The position numbers and the translations under genes were made by a program. A stretch of 64,000 nt of DNA from a bacterium (GTDB lineage Bacteria; Zhuqueibacterota; Zhuqueibacteria; Zhuqueibacterales; Zhuqueibacteraceae): assembly GCA_044869275.1 (NCBI GenBank), contig JBIOXB010000223.1, positions 1-64,000 of the forward strand, in the 5' to 3' direction. Positions 49,798 to 60,805 of the stretch are shown here, in pieces (within the stretch, counting starts at the first letter, position 1; each line of letters starts with the position of its first letter). Under the pieces are notes generated by a model that saw only the letters and a program-made list of their open reading frames with translations, did no database searches and was not told the origin of the DNA.

Positions 49798-52700
49798 ATT
49801 ATACCACGGAGAAAGAGATCAATCCCTTGCCCAATCCCGCGGTGACCGGCTTGTATCAGGATCGTCTGGGATATATTTGGATTTGCGCATACGGCGGCGG
49901 TTTAGTTCGTTACGACGGCCACAAAATGGAGATTTATGGAGCAGCGGATAGCCTGCCCAATGCAAAAACATGGCTCATATCCGAAGACGGCACGGGCCGG
50001 CTCTGGGCCGGAACCGAGGGCGGGGTGGTGGTTTCAGCAAAAGCGCTGACAGACTATGCCGCCGGCAAACGTCTCGCGTTTCTATCAAAAATCGGCGTAA
50101 CGAAGTTATTCGATAAAGGCGTATCCTTTGGCCGGCAAATGACGAGCGATACGGAAGGCCGAATATGGCTGGCCACCAAAGCGGACGGCATTATCCGCTA
50201 TCGCTGGCAAGGCAATGATCTGCTGGCGGCGGACACGCTCCGTACCGCCGCGTCCGGCAAGGAGGAAAATCAGCGCGTGCTCAGTGTGGAGGCGAGAAAA
50301 AACGGCACGATCTGCGCGGCGATGAAGGGGACGATCGTTGTTTGTGATTTACAAGCGCAATGGCGCGACACTTTGACCGCGAGTGAAGGCTTGCCCGGCG
50401 CCGCCACGGGCGTGCTTTATGAGGGTCCTTCCGGCACTTTATTTGGCGCCTGCGCGGATGGAACGATTTGGAGGCTCGACGAAGAAACCTCTCCTGCCAA
50501 AATCGAAATCATTCACACTGGCTTAAAGCACCCGATCACTGCACTCTGCGAAACAGCGGAAGGCAATTTGTGGATTGCCACGCTGGGCTCGGGGGTGGTG
50601 GAACTCGATCGCAGCCGGGCGTATCAGGCAAAAACGTATGGCAGCAGAAATGGCTTGCTGGGAGAAGTGTTCTGGGATGTGCTCGAAGATCGCGAGGGGA
50701 ATCTCTGGCTGGCGCAAAACAGCGGCCTGTCGAAGCTGCCGTTTAATTTTCGCGCCTTTCAATTTTATTCCGCCCAATCCCATCCAGGCCAGAGTCCGAA
50801 CTTGCCCGCTTCCGGCGTCATGGCGGTCTTGCAGACCGCCATGCCCTCGCCTGAAAACATGCTCTGCGCCGGTACGGAAAATGGCCTGGCGCTGATCGCG
50901 CCCGGGGGAAAGACTGAAACGTTGAATACCGAGAGTGGCTTGGTGAGCAACATCGTTTTTGGTGTGGCGGAAGATCGAGCCCACCGCGTTTGGATTACCT
51001 CGCGCGCCGGCGTTTATCGCAGCAGAATGCCTCTCACTGCGGCCGCATTTAAAAAGTGGCAGACCAAAGCATACAAGTTCAGTCCGTTGACCCTGGGCAA
51101 AGAAGTGATGTCGTCTGTTTTTGTTCCCGTCCTGCCACCGGGGGAGCAATTGCCGAGCCTGGGGATGGTTTGGGTCGATAGCTTGATGTGGGTCGCGGTG
51201 GACGGTGGCGTGCTGGCCGTGCGACCCGATCCGCCGAAAATTGTGGTCCGCTTCTCTCAAAAGGACAGTGTGGTGGCGGACGGCGGATTTGCCCTGAATT
51301 ATTCTCCTTTGACCCGGAAGCTGTGGCTGGGAACGACGGACGGGTTGAATGAGATCGATCCGGCCAGCCGCAAAGTCTTGCGCACGGTGAGCAAGCAAGA
51401 CGGCTTGGTGGGCGATAATTGTTGGGGCGTTTCCGCAATCAGTTTTGCCGATGCCGGCACGGTGTATTATGGCACCTCGAATAGCCTCAATCTTTATCGT
51501 CCGGAATACGATCGTGACAATGCGGTTCCGCCGGCGCCGCAGATCCGCAATGCCGTTTTTCACGAGGACGAGTGGGGACAAAACGAGATTTTGTTGGAAT
51601 ACGCTGGTCTGAGCTATGTCAATGAAAAACTGGTGCAATACAAAACTCGCCTCACCGGATATGATAAGAATTGGTCGAAAGAGACGGCGGAGAACAAGAT
51701 TCGCTATACCAATTTGCCGGCTTTTTTGTTCTCCAAGCAATATACCTTTTTCTACCGCCTGTACGAGCACGTCAATCGCCTGTGCGACGCCACGGTTTTC
51801 GGCGTCGGGATCTATCACCCGGACAAACAGCAAATCGAATACCGCCTCGCCATTGAAAAAGGCAAACGCTACGCGCCGTACACCCGCAACGCCGGCGACA
51901 AGAATCAATTTCCGGTCTGGTGCATCGAAAATCGCCGCCCGATTTTTATCAATGATGTTGCCGCCGACTATCGGCGCTATCTCAGCGAGTACAAAGACCC
52001 GCGGCGATTGCTCGAGGACGGCACATACTCCACTGCCCCGCAGTCGCTCATCTATCTCCCGCTGCTGGCACAAGAGCGCGTGCTCGGCGTCATCACGGTG
52101 CAGAGTTATGAAAAATACGCCTACACCGAATACCAGCTCAACCTGCTGCAAAACCTCGCGGCTTACACCACCATTGCGCTGGACAACGCCGATGCCTATC
52201 GCCGCCTCCATGCCACGCTGGAACACCTCAAAAATACGCAGCAGCAGCTCGTGACCCAGGAAAAGCTGGCCTCGCTCGGGCAGCTCACCGCCGGCATCGC
52301 GCACGAGATCAAGAATCCGCTGAATTTCGTGAACAACTTTGCCTCGGTGTCCAAGGAACTGGCCAGAGAGTTGCGGGAGGAGATCGAAAAGCGCCTGCCG
52401 GAAATTGGCAAGGGAGACGATTTCGAGAATCTCGCCAGCATCCTAAATGATCTGGAACGCAACGCGGAGAAGATCAATCACCACGGCAAGCGCGCCGACA
52501 GCATCGTGCGCAGCATGCTGCAGCTTTCACGCGGCAAATCCGGCGAGCGCGAGCTGACGGATATCAATGCTCTGCTGGATGAGGCCGTGAATTTGACCTA
52601 TCACGGTTTTCGTGCGCAGGAATCATCATTTAACCTCACCATAGAAAAAGAATACGATCCCGCCATCGGCAAGCTCGAGGTCGTGTCGCAGGATTTGAGC

Positions 52701-53147
52701 AGGGTGTTTTTGAATCTGCTCAGCAACGCCTGTTACGCCGTGCATCAGAAAGCGAGAGAGGGAGACGGGGAGAGTGGGAGAAAAAGAGACGGGGTGAGTG
52801 GGAGACCAGGAAAAACTGAGGACCCCTGTCACTCCGTCTCCCATTCTCCCGCTCAGAAGTTTACGCCAACGCTTTCAGTTGCAACAGAAAACTTGGGCGA
52901 CCAAATCGAAATCCGCGTCCGCGACAACGGCAACGGCATTCCGGCTGACCTGCGCGACATGATTTTTACTCCGTTTTTTACCACCAAGCCGGCCGGGCAG
53001 GGCACCGGGCTGGGATTGTCGATCAGCTACGATATCATTGTACAACAGCATGGCGGCGAGATGAAAGTCCAAACGGATGAGGGTAAATTCACGGAATTTG
53101 TGATTCGACTGGCCCGGCAGAGTCAGGCCAGTCTACGAAGTTTGTGA
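49788..53147 (+). CDS. propeller/Y_Y_Y-GAF histidine kinase, degenerate (no signal peptide, no TM)
   Basis: Reg_prop blades, [19 protein letters not shown]1/F/G2 boxes; lacks segments present in the downstream paralog. Confidence 0.8.
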   Translation: MVRHYTTEKEINPLPNPAVTGLYQDRLGYIWICAYGGGLVRYDGHKMEIYGAADSLPNAKTWLISEDGTGRLWAGTEGGVVVSAKALTDYAAGKRLAFLSKIGVTKLFDKGVSFGRQMTSDTEGRIWLATKADGIIRYRWQGNDLLAADTLRTAASGKEENQRVLSVEARKNGTICAAMKGTIVVCDLQAQWRDTLTASEGLPGAATGVLYEGPSGTLFGACADGTIWRLDEETSPAKIEIIHTGLKHPITALCETAEGNLWIATLGSGVVELDRSRAYQAKTYGSRNGLLGEVFWDVLEDREGNLWLAQNSGLSKLPFNFRAFQFYSAQSHPGQSPNLPASGVMAVLQTAMPSPENMLCAGTENGLALIAPGGKTETLNTESGLVSNIVFGVAEDRAHRVWITSRAGVYRSRMPLTAAAFKKWQTKAYKFSPLTLGKEVMSSVFVPVLPPGEQLPSLGMVWVDSLMWVAVDGGVLAVRPDPPKIVVRFSQKDSVVADGGFALNYSPLTRKLWLGTTDGLNEIDPASRKVLRTVSKQDGLVGDNCWGVSAISFADAGTVYYGTSNSLNLYRPEYDRDNAVPPAPQIRNAVFHEDEWGQNEILLEYAGLSYVNEKLVQYKTRLTGYDKNWSKETAENKIRYTNLPAFLFSKQYTFFYRLYEHVNRLCDATVFGVGIYHPDKQQIEYRLAIEKGKRYAPYTRNAGDKNQFPVWCIENRRPIFINDVAADYRRYLSEYKDPRRLLEDGTYSTAPQSLIYLPLLAQERVLGVITVQSYEKYAYTEYQLNLLQNLAAYTTIALDNADAYRRLHATLEHLKNTQQQLVTQEKLASLGQLTAGIAHEIKNPLNFVNNFASVSKELARELREEIEKRLPEIGKGDDFENLASILNDLERNAEKINHHGKRADSIVRSMLQLSRGKSGERELTDINALLDEAVNLTYHGFRAQESSFNLTIEKEYDPAIGKLEVVSQDLSRVFLNLLSNACYAVHQKAREGDGESGRKRDGVSGRPGKTEDPCHSVSHSPAQKFTPTLSVATENLGDQIEIRVRDNGNGIPADLRDMIFTPFFTTKPAGQGTGLGLSISYDIIVQQHGGEMKVQTDEGKFTEFVIRLARQSQASLRSL
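52751..52853. repeat. in-frame palindromic 8-nt repeat insertion in HATPase domain
   Basis: GGAGACGG/GGAGAGTG units and complementary CCGTCTCC/TTCTCCC arm; about 29 extra aa versus the paralog. Confidence 0.72.
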
Positions 53148-53213
53148 TGCGCTTGAGGAAGAATCAAATTTGCTATCAGCGGACATTCTAGGAACTTCAT
53201 GGATCGATTGGCC

Positions 53214-56200
53214 ATGCAGAAACTCTTCAGAACCTTGATTTCGATTATTTGTTTTTTGCTGTCGAGTTTCGTTTTTGGCCAGGAGCTCCCGTTCACACAT
53301 TACACCCAGGACAACGAAGTCGTCGCTCTGCCCTCGGCCGACGTTCGCACCATCTATCAAGATCGCGCGAGTTATATATGGTTTGTCGTCTACTCCTCCG
53401 GCTTGCTGCGCTACAATGGTCATAAAACTGATATTTATACCAAAGAAGATGGCCTACCCGATCTGACTGTCCTGCAGATTCTGGAAGATCACTTGGGAAG
53501 GCTCTGGGTTGCGACCAATCTTGGGCTCGCTGTTTCGGAAAAACCACTAAAAGAATATACCGGAAACCAGCGCATTGGCTTTAGCAACAAAATCGGAGCG
53601 ACTCAACTAATCAAAACCAGCATTGTCGCAAACCGAATGGCGGTCGATGCACAAGGAAGGCTCTGGATCGGAACCCGGGAAGATGGGATTCTCCGTTATC
53701 ACTTCAACGGACTGGATTCGGTCTCTGCGGATACAATTGGAACGCGTATTTATGGCGAAGAAAAGAATAAGGATATCCGATCCATAACTCTCCGCCGCGA
53801 TGGATCGGTTTGGGTTGGCATTGGCGGGGGAAATTTGTTGGTGTTCACCGCAGCGTCGGCAGCATATGATGTCCTCGCGGAAAAGGACGGCGCGCCCCGC
53901 TTCGAGACGGATGCGCTCTTTGAGAATCGCTCCGGTAAACTGTGGGGAGGTTGCCGGAATGGGCTGTTGTGGAGCTTGGTGGAAGAGGCGGGCCAACGAA
54001 GAGTGGAGGTTTTCAGTGAAGATCTGAAGAGTAGAATTACTTGCATCACCGGAACACAAGATGGAAAGCTCTGGGTGGCGAGCGATGGCTCCGGAATCAT
54101 GAGCATCACAGATGGCAACTTCCAGGTACCACAAAGCAGTAGTCCGCTTCGCCGCGTCATTTTCACGCAAAGAAACGGGTTGTTAGGCGACAATGTTGCC
54201 TATACTATCGAGGATAGGGAAGGAAACATTTGGCTTGCCCAATTAGGTGGCGTCTCGAAGTTGCGATCGAATTACGCGGCCTTCACGAATTTTCCCCCCA
54301 CCTCGCGTTTGGGCGAAAAATCAGCCTTGCTTAGCCCCTCCCTCAATGCTGTTCTCCCTCCCGCAGAGGGGCGCCCCTCATCGGGCATATGGGTGGGAAC
54401 ATCAGGCGCAGGTGCTGCCCTGATTGAAGCAGAGGGTAAAATCGAATTGATCCAAACCGACAGAGGGTTGCGAGAGAATTGGGTCAATGGTCTGGTTCGG
54501 GACGGCAAGGGACGAATTTGGATGGGAACCGCTGACGGCATAAACTGTCTCTCGTTCGATTCTCAAAATCCTCCTCCGCCCTCTCCGGAAATCCACAGCA
54601 TTTCCGTCCTGAATCGAAAAGGCATCATCGCGGCGTATGAACACCACACCATTTACGCCTGCCAAAAGCTGGCTTTCCCTGCTGCAGATGATAAAATAAA
54701 AAGCGTGGAAAGCCTTTGGTTCCCCGGCTATCAGCACCTTTATTGCTTTAGCGAGAATGAATGGTTCATCTTCAAGACCGCCTCCGGCCTTCCTGCTACA
54801 CTTTTTCATACCGTCGCCTTCGACGAAGCCGGAAGGCTCTTGGTTGGAACCAGGGACCGGGGTCTCTATCGCAGCAGATTTCCTCTCACGCGGACGAGGT
54901 TGCGGCAGTTGCAGGCTGAAGATGTTGGCTTTCCCATAGAGAAAGGCGGCGGAAAATTTGGCCGCGAAATATCAACCTCCATCTTCGAGCCAGTTTGGAA
55001 TCAATCGACCGGCGCGCCTTCCAATCAGATCGAGAACTTGCTGTGGCGAGACGGCATTTTATGGGTTGGAACGACGGAGGGCTTGTCGGTTCTCGAAAGC
55101 GAACCGCCCCGGATGACAACTCATCTCACCGTGGCCCAAGGTCTCAAAGCGAGCAATGTTACCAGCATGGCATTCTCTCCCGTCAGCGGCACACTCTGGG
55201 TGGGCACCAACGGCGGGCTGGCCGAAATTGATCCGCAGACTCGAAAAGTCATCCGCACGGTCACCAAGCAAGACGGTCTGGTCGACAACGAAGTTTGGTT
55301 CTATGGTTCGGTCGTGATGGCCGCAGATGGAGCAGTCTACTTCGGCACCGCAAAAGGACTCGCCATTTACCGGCCCCAGCTCGACAAGCCCAGTTCAGTT
55401 CTTCCCATCTTGCGCTTGGAGCGGGCGGACTTCACCGAAGACCACAGCGGCGACAACGAGATCGCATTTGAGTACGCCGCTCTGAGTTTTGCCAACGAGA
55501 AGCTGGTGCGATATAAAACCCGTTTGGTTGGCTACGATAAGGCTTGGACAGAGGAAAAAAGTGAGTTCAAGATTCGCTACACCAATCTGCCGGCATTTCT
55601 CTTTTCAAAGAAATACACATTTGAAGTGCTGGCTTCCAACGACGCCGGTTTTTGGACGGAAATGCCGCTGCTGCACTCATTCACGGTCCAGCCGCCCTGG
55701 TGGTTTCGCTGGTGGTGGCTGGCGTTGAATGCGGTGCTCTGGCTTGCCATTGTTTATGGCTTCAGCCGTTACCGCTTGCGACGACTCGAGATGAGGAGCA
55801 AGGTACTGGAAAGAACCGTACAGGAAAGAACGGAGGAAATTCGGCAGCAGGCAGAAGAACTGGAGACCTTAGACGGGATCGTGAAAGTGATCAACCGTGA
55901 AGTGGCGCTGGAAAGTGTTCTGCGCTCATTGCTCGAGCAGGGACTGAAGCTTTTTCCCCAGGCTGAAAAGGCCTCCGTTCTTCTCTTCGATCCTCAAATC
56001 GGCCGTTTTAAATTCGCCGTCGCTGCGGGATATGATCCCCACACGTTGAAGGATGTTTTCTTCACTCCAGAGGAATTGGTCAGCCGTTATTCGCAGGGAT
56101 CAGAAGAAGTGGGAAGCGGCGTTTACATCGTCCGGGATTTGCAAAATCGGTATGTCGAGAAGAAGTTGAACCTCGCCGCCATGCCGAGATCTGTGCTGGC

Positions 56201-57188
56201 GATGACGGCGGCATGGGAGAGCAAGCCGGAAGCGTATTTGATTTTTGATAACCTGACAAATGCCGAAGCGTTCGATCATTCCGACGCCCACAAACTCGGC
56301 CGCTTCCGCGAGCACGCGATTTCCGCCATTGCCAAAGCGAAAATGCTGCAGGAGCTCCAGGAGAAAAACGCTGAGATCATCAAAACACAAAATCAGCTCA
56401 TCATGCAAGAAAAGCTTGCTTCTCTTGGCGCTTTGACCGCGGGCATCGCGCATGAGATCAGAAATCCCTTGAACTTCGTCAATAATTTTGCCGAGCTTTC
56501 CACAGACTTGACCCAAAGCCTGCAGGAGGATCTCACCCAGCAGGAAGATCGGCTGGATCCCAAAGTGCGTGCGAATATGGAAGAGCTTGTCCAAGATTTG
56601 CAGCAAAATTTGGCAAAGATCAACCAGCACGGCAAGAGAATCGACACCATCGTGGGCGGCATGCTCCTGCACTCCCAGGGAAAAACCGGAGAACGCGTGC
56701 CGACCGAAATAAACGCTTTATTGGATGAATATGTTCATCTCGCTGATCATGGCTTGCGGGCACAGGATTCGAGTTACAGTGTCGCCATAAAGACGGATTA
56801 TGATCGATCTATCGGTGAGATTGAAGTGGTGCCGCTGGACCTCAGTCGCGTTTTTCTCAACATGGTCAAAAATGCCTGCTATGCCGCCAATGAAAAGAAA
56901 AAAACTGCACCTCCACCGTTTATCCCAACGGTTTCTGTTTGCACAAGGAACTTGAATGGTAACGTGGAGATACGTATTCGAGATAATGGCAGTGGCATTC
57001 CCAAGAACATTGTGGACAGAATTTTCAACCCTTTTTTCACGACCAAGCCGACTGGGCAGGGTACGGGGCTGGGTTTGTCGCTCAGTTACGATGTGGTGGT
57101 GAAGGAGCACAAAGGGGAAATAAAAGTTGAGACCGAAGAGGGGCAATATGCGGAATTCATCATCACGTTGCCAATGAGCAAGAAGTAG
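53214..57188 (+). CDS. two-component sensor histidine kinase (propeller-Y_Y_Y-TM-GAF-HisKA-HATPase)
   Basis: Signal peptide, repeated D..G.LW.GT blades, PPWWFRWW+TM, GAF, AHEIRNPL, DNGSG, PFFTTK..GTGLGL. Confidence 0.92.
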   Translation: MQKLFRTLISIICFLLSSFVFGQELPFTHYTQDNEVVALPSADVRTIYQDRASYIWFVVYSSGLLRYNGHKTDIYTKEDGLPDLTVLQILEDHLGRLWVATNLGLAVSEKPLKEYTGNQRIGFSNKIGATQLIKTSIVANRMAVDAQGRLWIGTREDGILRYHFNGLDSVSADTIGTRIYGEEKNKDIRSITLRRDGSVWVGIGGGNLLVFTAASAAYDVLAEKDGAPRFETDALFENRSGKLWGGCRNGLLWSLVEEAGQRRVEVFSEDLKSRITCITGTQDGKLWVASDGSGIMSITDGNFQVPQSSSPLRRVIFTQRNGLLGDNVAYTIEDREGNIWLAQLGGVSKLRSNYAAFTNFPPTSRLGEKSALLSPSLNAVLPPAEGRPSSGIWVGTSGAGAALIEAEGKIELIQTDRGLRENWVNGLVRDGKGRIWMGTADGINCLSFDSQNPPPPSPEIHSISVLNRKGIIAAYEHHTIYACQKLAFPAADDKIKSVESLWFPGYQHLYCFSENEWFIFKTASGLPATLFHTVAFDEAGRLLVGTRDRGLYRSRFPLTRTRLRQLQAEDVGFPIEKGGGKFGREISTSIFEPVWNQSTGAPSNQIENLLWRDGILWVGTTEGLSVLESEPPRMTTHLTVAQGLKASNVTSMAFSPVSGTLWVGTNGGLAEIDPQTRKVIRTVTKQDGLVDNEVWFYGSVVMAADGAVYFGTAKGLAIYRPQLDKPSSVLPILRLERADFTEDHSGDNEIAFEYAALSFANEKLVRYKTRLVGYDKAWTEEKSEFKIRYTNLPAFLFSKKYTFEVLASNDAGFWTEMPLLHSFTVQPPWWFRWWWLALNAVLWLAIVYGFSRYRLRRLEMRSKVLERTVQERTEEIRQQAEELETLDGIVKVINREVALESVLRSLLEQGLKLFPQAEKASVLLFDPQIGRFKFAVAAGYDPHTLKDVFFTPEELVSRYSQGSEEVGSGVYIVRDLQNRYVEKKLNLAAMPRSVLAMTAAWESKPEAYLIFDNLTNAEAFDHSDAHKLGRFREHAISAIAKAKMLQELQEKNAEIIKTQNQLIMQEKLASLGALTAGIAHEIRNPLNFVNNFAELSTDLTQSLQEDLTQQEDRLDPKVRANMEELVQDLQQNLAKINQHGKRIDTIVGGMLLHSQGKTGERVPTEINALLDEYVHLADHGLRAQDSSYSVAIKTDYDRSIGEIEVVPLDLSRVFLNMVKNACYAANEKKKTAPPPFIPTVSVCTRNLNGNVEIRIRDNGSGIPKNIVDRIFNPFFTTKPTGQGTGLGLSLSYDVVVKEHKGEIKVETEEGQYAEFIITLPMSKK

Positions 57189-57305
57189 CCAAGCGGCCGG
57201 GAGTCAAAAGAAATCGGAGGAGCGATAAGGGCGATGAGCGACTCAAACCTGGAATAGAATTTCAAAAGTTTTTTGCATTCTGATAACAACTCTTTCATCA
57301 TAGAG

Positions 57306-57418
57306 AACACGGAGTTCACAGCGCGGCAGAGCCGCAACCAAAATGGTTACACACGGATCAAAAAACCACACGGAAATTTTTAACTATCTGCGTGGTTTTT
57401 TAATCTGCGTGGAATTAA
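57306..57418 (+). repeat. dispersed palindromic repeat (GCCGCAACCAAAA family), copy 2
   Basis: Matches the reverse complement of 41641-41758. Confidence 0.75.
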
Positions 57419-57694
57419 TCTTTGCTGTCTTGCAAAGATCTCGCTTCTATCTGTCTACGCCAGAAACCTTGTTAAAAAAGTTAAGTTTTGAGAGTTTGTA
57501 TTACAGAGAAATTTTGGGCATTTCACAGAGTAAGACTCGCTCTTTAATACAAACCTGCGAAATCTGCGGATAGAGAATCATTTGATTGTGGTTCAGCCTT
57601 GCTGTGAATCTCTATGCGCTCCGTATCTCTGTGTCGAAAAGCGCTTATATTTCAAGAACACGGCACTTGTTTTGTTCGCTGGGACGTACCCCTA

Positions 57695-59026
57695 TCAATG
57701 CCCACCTCCACCGCCGCCCGAACTGTTCAGCAGGGTGAAGACTGCAGTTGCGTCCGAGAGCGTGCCCATCGTTCCAGCCACTGTGATCGGCGCAAACTTC
57801 CCTGCAGCCCCCGCGCTGGTGGTTGAATTGCTCAGCACCAGGGATTCGCCCCAACCGAGCAAGACGAGTTGCAGCGCAGCAGCGTCAGTACCGACTATTC
57901 CAAGCCCCGCCACGTGATTGAATTCAGCGGCGAGAAGCTCCCTTTGGAGTGCGTCAAGATCGCTTTTGACGGGTTTATTCAGAAGATCAAAGGCATCCTG
58001 GAGGCCATCGCCATTTGGCAAGAGAAACGGATCGGAAGGCAGCAAAGCTCGGATCTGAATGACAAAGCCCTGAAGCATCGTTTTGGAATAATCTGCTTTG
58101 CCTTTGCCAGTTAGGGCAATCTGCAATTGCTTTTTCCAGTACGTGGCGGATCTTCCTGTCGTCACCAGCGTTCCGGATTTGAAGTCATTAATGAGCTGGC
58201 TTGCCTTGGGCTCGAATCCAAAATCATTCCCACTGGCGTCTGGACCGACAGAGACGTTGACTTCGGCCGGGGTCGTCGCTGCCAGATAGTTGGTCGAGTT
58301 CGTTTCGAGTGTGGTTTCGTCAACCTTAATCGTGTAAGCTCCGGCTGGGAAGCCCTCGAAGACATAGAATCCACTGTTGGAGGTGACAGCTGTGCCGACA
58401 ACCGAGTCATCAGAATCAAAAAGATTTAGTGTGACATTCTTGATGCCGGCTTCGTTACCGTCAAGGAGCCCACTGGTGTTTGCGTCAGTGAAAACAGTTC
58501 CTGAGATATCAAAGACGCGTGCACAAGCACCCGCAATTTCTCCAACTTGAGTCGTGCCGTTGGATTTTACGGACACCAAAACGATTCCCTCGCGAACCGA
58601 CCCTGGGTAGGTTACGGAAAAAGTGAATGTGTTCTCTTCACCGGATCCAACGCTGGGGTGCCATTCAACGCCCGGGTTGATCACGGGGTCTGGATTGGTG
58701 GTTGATCCGTTGGTTGGGGACAATGCGGACAAGGCTGGAGCACAGGAGGGGAGCTCGAGCCTGAAATGCATATCCACCGCCGGGCCGGATACCGTGTAAG
58801 TGAAAGTCGTTTGGGTACCATCGAAGGTTTGCCCATCATAATGGACATGGAAACCGGCGAGATCGAGGGCTGTCGGCGCAAGTTTTTGCAGCGCTACTGT
58901 TTCATAGTTGCCCGATTGCTGTTTTGGTGCGGATGGACTTGTAACTGGATTTTTCGTTCCGTCACAACCCGAGGCAATCAACCCGGCGACCGTGGCAATG
59001 AATGCGAGGGACAACAGCTTTTTCAT
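57695..59026 (-). CDS. lipoprotein with SdrD B-like domain
   Basis: AGGAG RBS, lipobox ASGC, ISGTVFTDAN.SG..D..E.GI..V..T...G.Y.F, DFGF, TYWKKQ..LLAAEFN helical C-domain, Gly-rich tail. Confidence 0.85.
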   Translation of the reverse strand: MKKLLSLAFIATVAGLIASGCDGTKNPVTSPSAPKQQSGNYETVALQKLAPTALDLAGFHVHYDGQTFDGTQTTFTYTVSGPAVDMHFRLELPSCAPALSALSPTNGSTTNPDPVINPGVEWHPSVGSGEENTFTFSVTYPGSVREGIVLVSVKSNGTTQVGEIAGACARVFDISGTVFTDANTSGLLDGNEAGIKNVTLNLFDSDDSVVGTAVTSNSGFYVFEGFPAGAYTIKVDETTLETNSTNYLAATTPAEVNVSVGPDASGNDFGFEPKASQLINDFKSGTLVTTGRSATYWKKQLQIALTGKGKADYSKTMLQGFVIQIRALLPSDPFLLPNGDGLQDAFDLLNKPVKSDLDALQRELLAAEFNHVAGLGIVGTDAAALQLVLLGWGESLVLSNSTTSAGAAGKFAPITVAGTMGTLSDATAVFTLLNSSGGGGGGH

Positions 59027-59199
59027 GGATACTCCTTTTAGAGTTGTGAAATTGACGATTACATAAACATATAAAATACAATTATTTTCCCTTGTAAAGC
59101 AAGCAGTACTTTCTCTTGTCGAAACGGAATGACTTCACTCCAACCTGTCCCAAACGGGAAAGGAAGCACTTTTTTGTGCTTTTGTGAGCTTGAATGCAT

Positions 59200-59225
59200 T
59201 ACAAACGACCAGAACAAAAGTTGGT
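59200..59225 (-). promoter_or_regulatory. putative ECF promoter, copy A
   Basis: Minus strand ACCAACTTTT-N12-TGTA facing the SdrD-B lipoprotein gene. Confidence 0.7.
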
Positions 59226-59288
59226 GAGGTTGCATGTTAATTTTTTGCAGTGTAGTTTTTGCTTGTTTTTGAAAACACTCATTTGGCG

Positions 59289-59314
59289 ACCAACTTTTTG
59301 GTTTTTCGACTGTA
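59289..59314 (+). promoter_or_regulatory. putative ECF promoter, copy B (autoregulatory)
   Basis: ACCAACTTTT-N12-TGTA immediately before the sigma ATG. Confidence 0.65.
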
Positions 59315-59317
59315 GTT

Positions 59318-59872
59318 ATGACAGAACCCAATGACCAGGTATTTGTGCGGGAATGTCTGCACGGCAACCAGGAAGCTTTTGGCGCCCTTATTGGCCGGCA
59401 CCAGCGGGCAGTCTTCAATGTGGCATTGCGTATGACCAAAGATTATCAAGAGGCGCAGGACGTCACCCAGGCCGTCTTCATTAAAGCATATGAGAAGCTG
59501 GGCGAATACGACGCGCAATACAAGTTTTTTAGCTGGATTTATCGCATGGCCGTGAATGAGGCGCTGAATTTCATCAAACGCAAGCAGCGCTTTGAGGGAT
59601 TAAATCCGAACCAAGATTACGCGGCTCTTACCCCAAACCCGGCAGACGATTACGAGGAAAGCGAGATGAGCCGCAATATTCAAAACGCCCTGATGTTGTT
59701 GAAAGTGGACTACCGCGCCATTATCGTCCTCAAGCATTTTCAGGAGCTCTCGTATCATGAGATCGGCTATATTCTCGGTTTACCCGAAAAAACCGTGAAG
59801 TCCCGCTTGTTCACTGCGCGGCAACTATTGAAGCAGGTTCTGCTCAAACAGGGATATGTTGAAAATGATTGA
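59318..59872 (+). CDS. ECF RNA polymerase sigma factor
   Basis: Region 2 AQDVTQAVFIKAY..FFSWIYRMAVN, region 4 LSYHEIG.ILG....TVKSRLFTAR. Confidence 0.95.
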   Translation: MTEPNDQVFVRECLHGNQEAFGALIGRHQRAVFNVALRMTKDYQEAQDVTQAVFIKAYEKLGEYDAQYKFFSWIYRMAVNEALNFIKRKQRFEGLNPNQDYAALTPNPADDYEESEMSRNIQNALMLLKVDYRAIIVLKHFQELSYHEIGYILGLPEKTVKSRLFTARQLLKQVLLKQGYVEND

Positions 59873-60647
59873 AGATAAATACCTCGAGCTCATACACGGC
59901 GAGATCGACCGCGCCAACTCGGCCGAGGAAAGTGCGAAGCTCAGAGCCTTTCTTGCTGCCCATGCCGAGGCGCGGCAGTTCTACGAGGAACTGACGGGCA
60001 TGACGGCCATGCTGCAGGAGGTGAAACCCGTCGAGCCGCCGCCGCATCTGCCGCAGGTGATCATGAACCTCTTGCCGATGCGCCCCTCTTCCGCCCGGGA
60101 AAAACGCAACTTCATCACTGCGGCAAGAACCTGGCTTGCGGCCACATTTCGCCCCGGCTACGCTTTCGCTTTTGCCGGGGGCGCGGTTGCCGGAGTGATC
60201 CTGCTCGTTTTGTTTTCGCAGCCGGTACTGAAGGACGAGGTCACAGATTGGTCAAAGCTGTATGGCACAATGGGAGCGCCGCAAACCGGAGAAAATGCGT
60301 CTGGTGAGAAACGCCTGGAAATCAGCCAGCCGGAAGTGACCGGCACCATCAGCTTGAAACCTGCCGGTGAAAGCATGATCATTGAGATCGTGCTCGATTC
60401 GCCGCAATCCCTCGAGCTCGTGATTTCATTTGATGAGAAAGCACTCGGCTTCAAGAGCCTTATCGAATTTGAGAAAGTGGCGCCAATTGAGATGGTCCTG
60501 AATGTGGGTTCGATAAGATTCACACACTCGAGCCGGCAGAGCTATGCCCTCGTTTTTGCGCGGCGCGCCGCCACAACACCGGCCATCGATTTCAAGGTTC
60601 TGCAGAATAGCGCGTTGTTGTATCAAAACACGCTGGAGGATCGCTAG
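59865..60647 (+). CDS. anti-sigma factor (helical N-domain, single TM, periplasmic domain)
   Basis: Overlaps the sigma stop; LIHGEID..EE...L..FLAAH.EAR resembles a Cys-less zf-HC2; PPPHL; one TM. Confidence 0.82.
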   Translation: MIEDKYLELIHGEIDRANSAEESAKLRAFLAAHAEARQFYEELTGMTAMLQEVKPVEPPPHLPQVIMNLLPMRPSSAREKRNFITAARTWLAATFRPGYAFAFAGGAVAGVILLVLFSQPVLKDEVTDWSKLYGTMGAPQTGENASGEKRLEISQPEVTGTISLKPAGESMIIEIVLDSPQSLELVISFDEKALGFKSLIEFEKVAPIEMVLNVGSIRFTHSSRQSYALVFARRAATTPAIDFKVLQNSALLYQNTLEDR

Positions 60648-60706
60648 CCCGGTAAATTTATAAAACTAAACCGCCGAGACGCCAGCAAAATAATTTTGCG
60701 AGCTTC

Positions 60707-60732
60707 ACCAACTTTTCAATGTTTGGATTGTA
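60707..60732 (+). promoter_or_regulatory. putative ECF promoter, copy C
   Basis: ACCAACTTTT-N12-TGTA about 75 nt before the repeat-protein ATG. Confidence 0.7.
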
Positions 60733-60805
60733 TTTCAATCAGAACTGCAAAGATGAATAAGAACGCATTTATCAATTCTGCATCATGTTTCAACCGGAGG
60801 CCGTC

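Noticed and set aside
50523..52304. 593-aa antisense ORF and other long shadow ORFs (for example 11862-12989, 19436-20572)
   Set aside because: Antisense to well-supported genes in GC-rich DNA; no motifs
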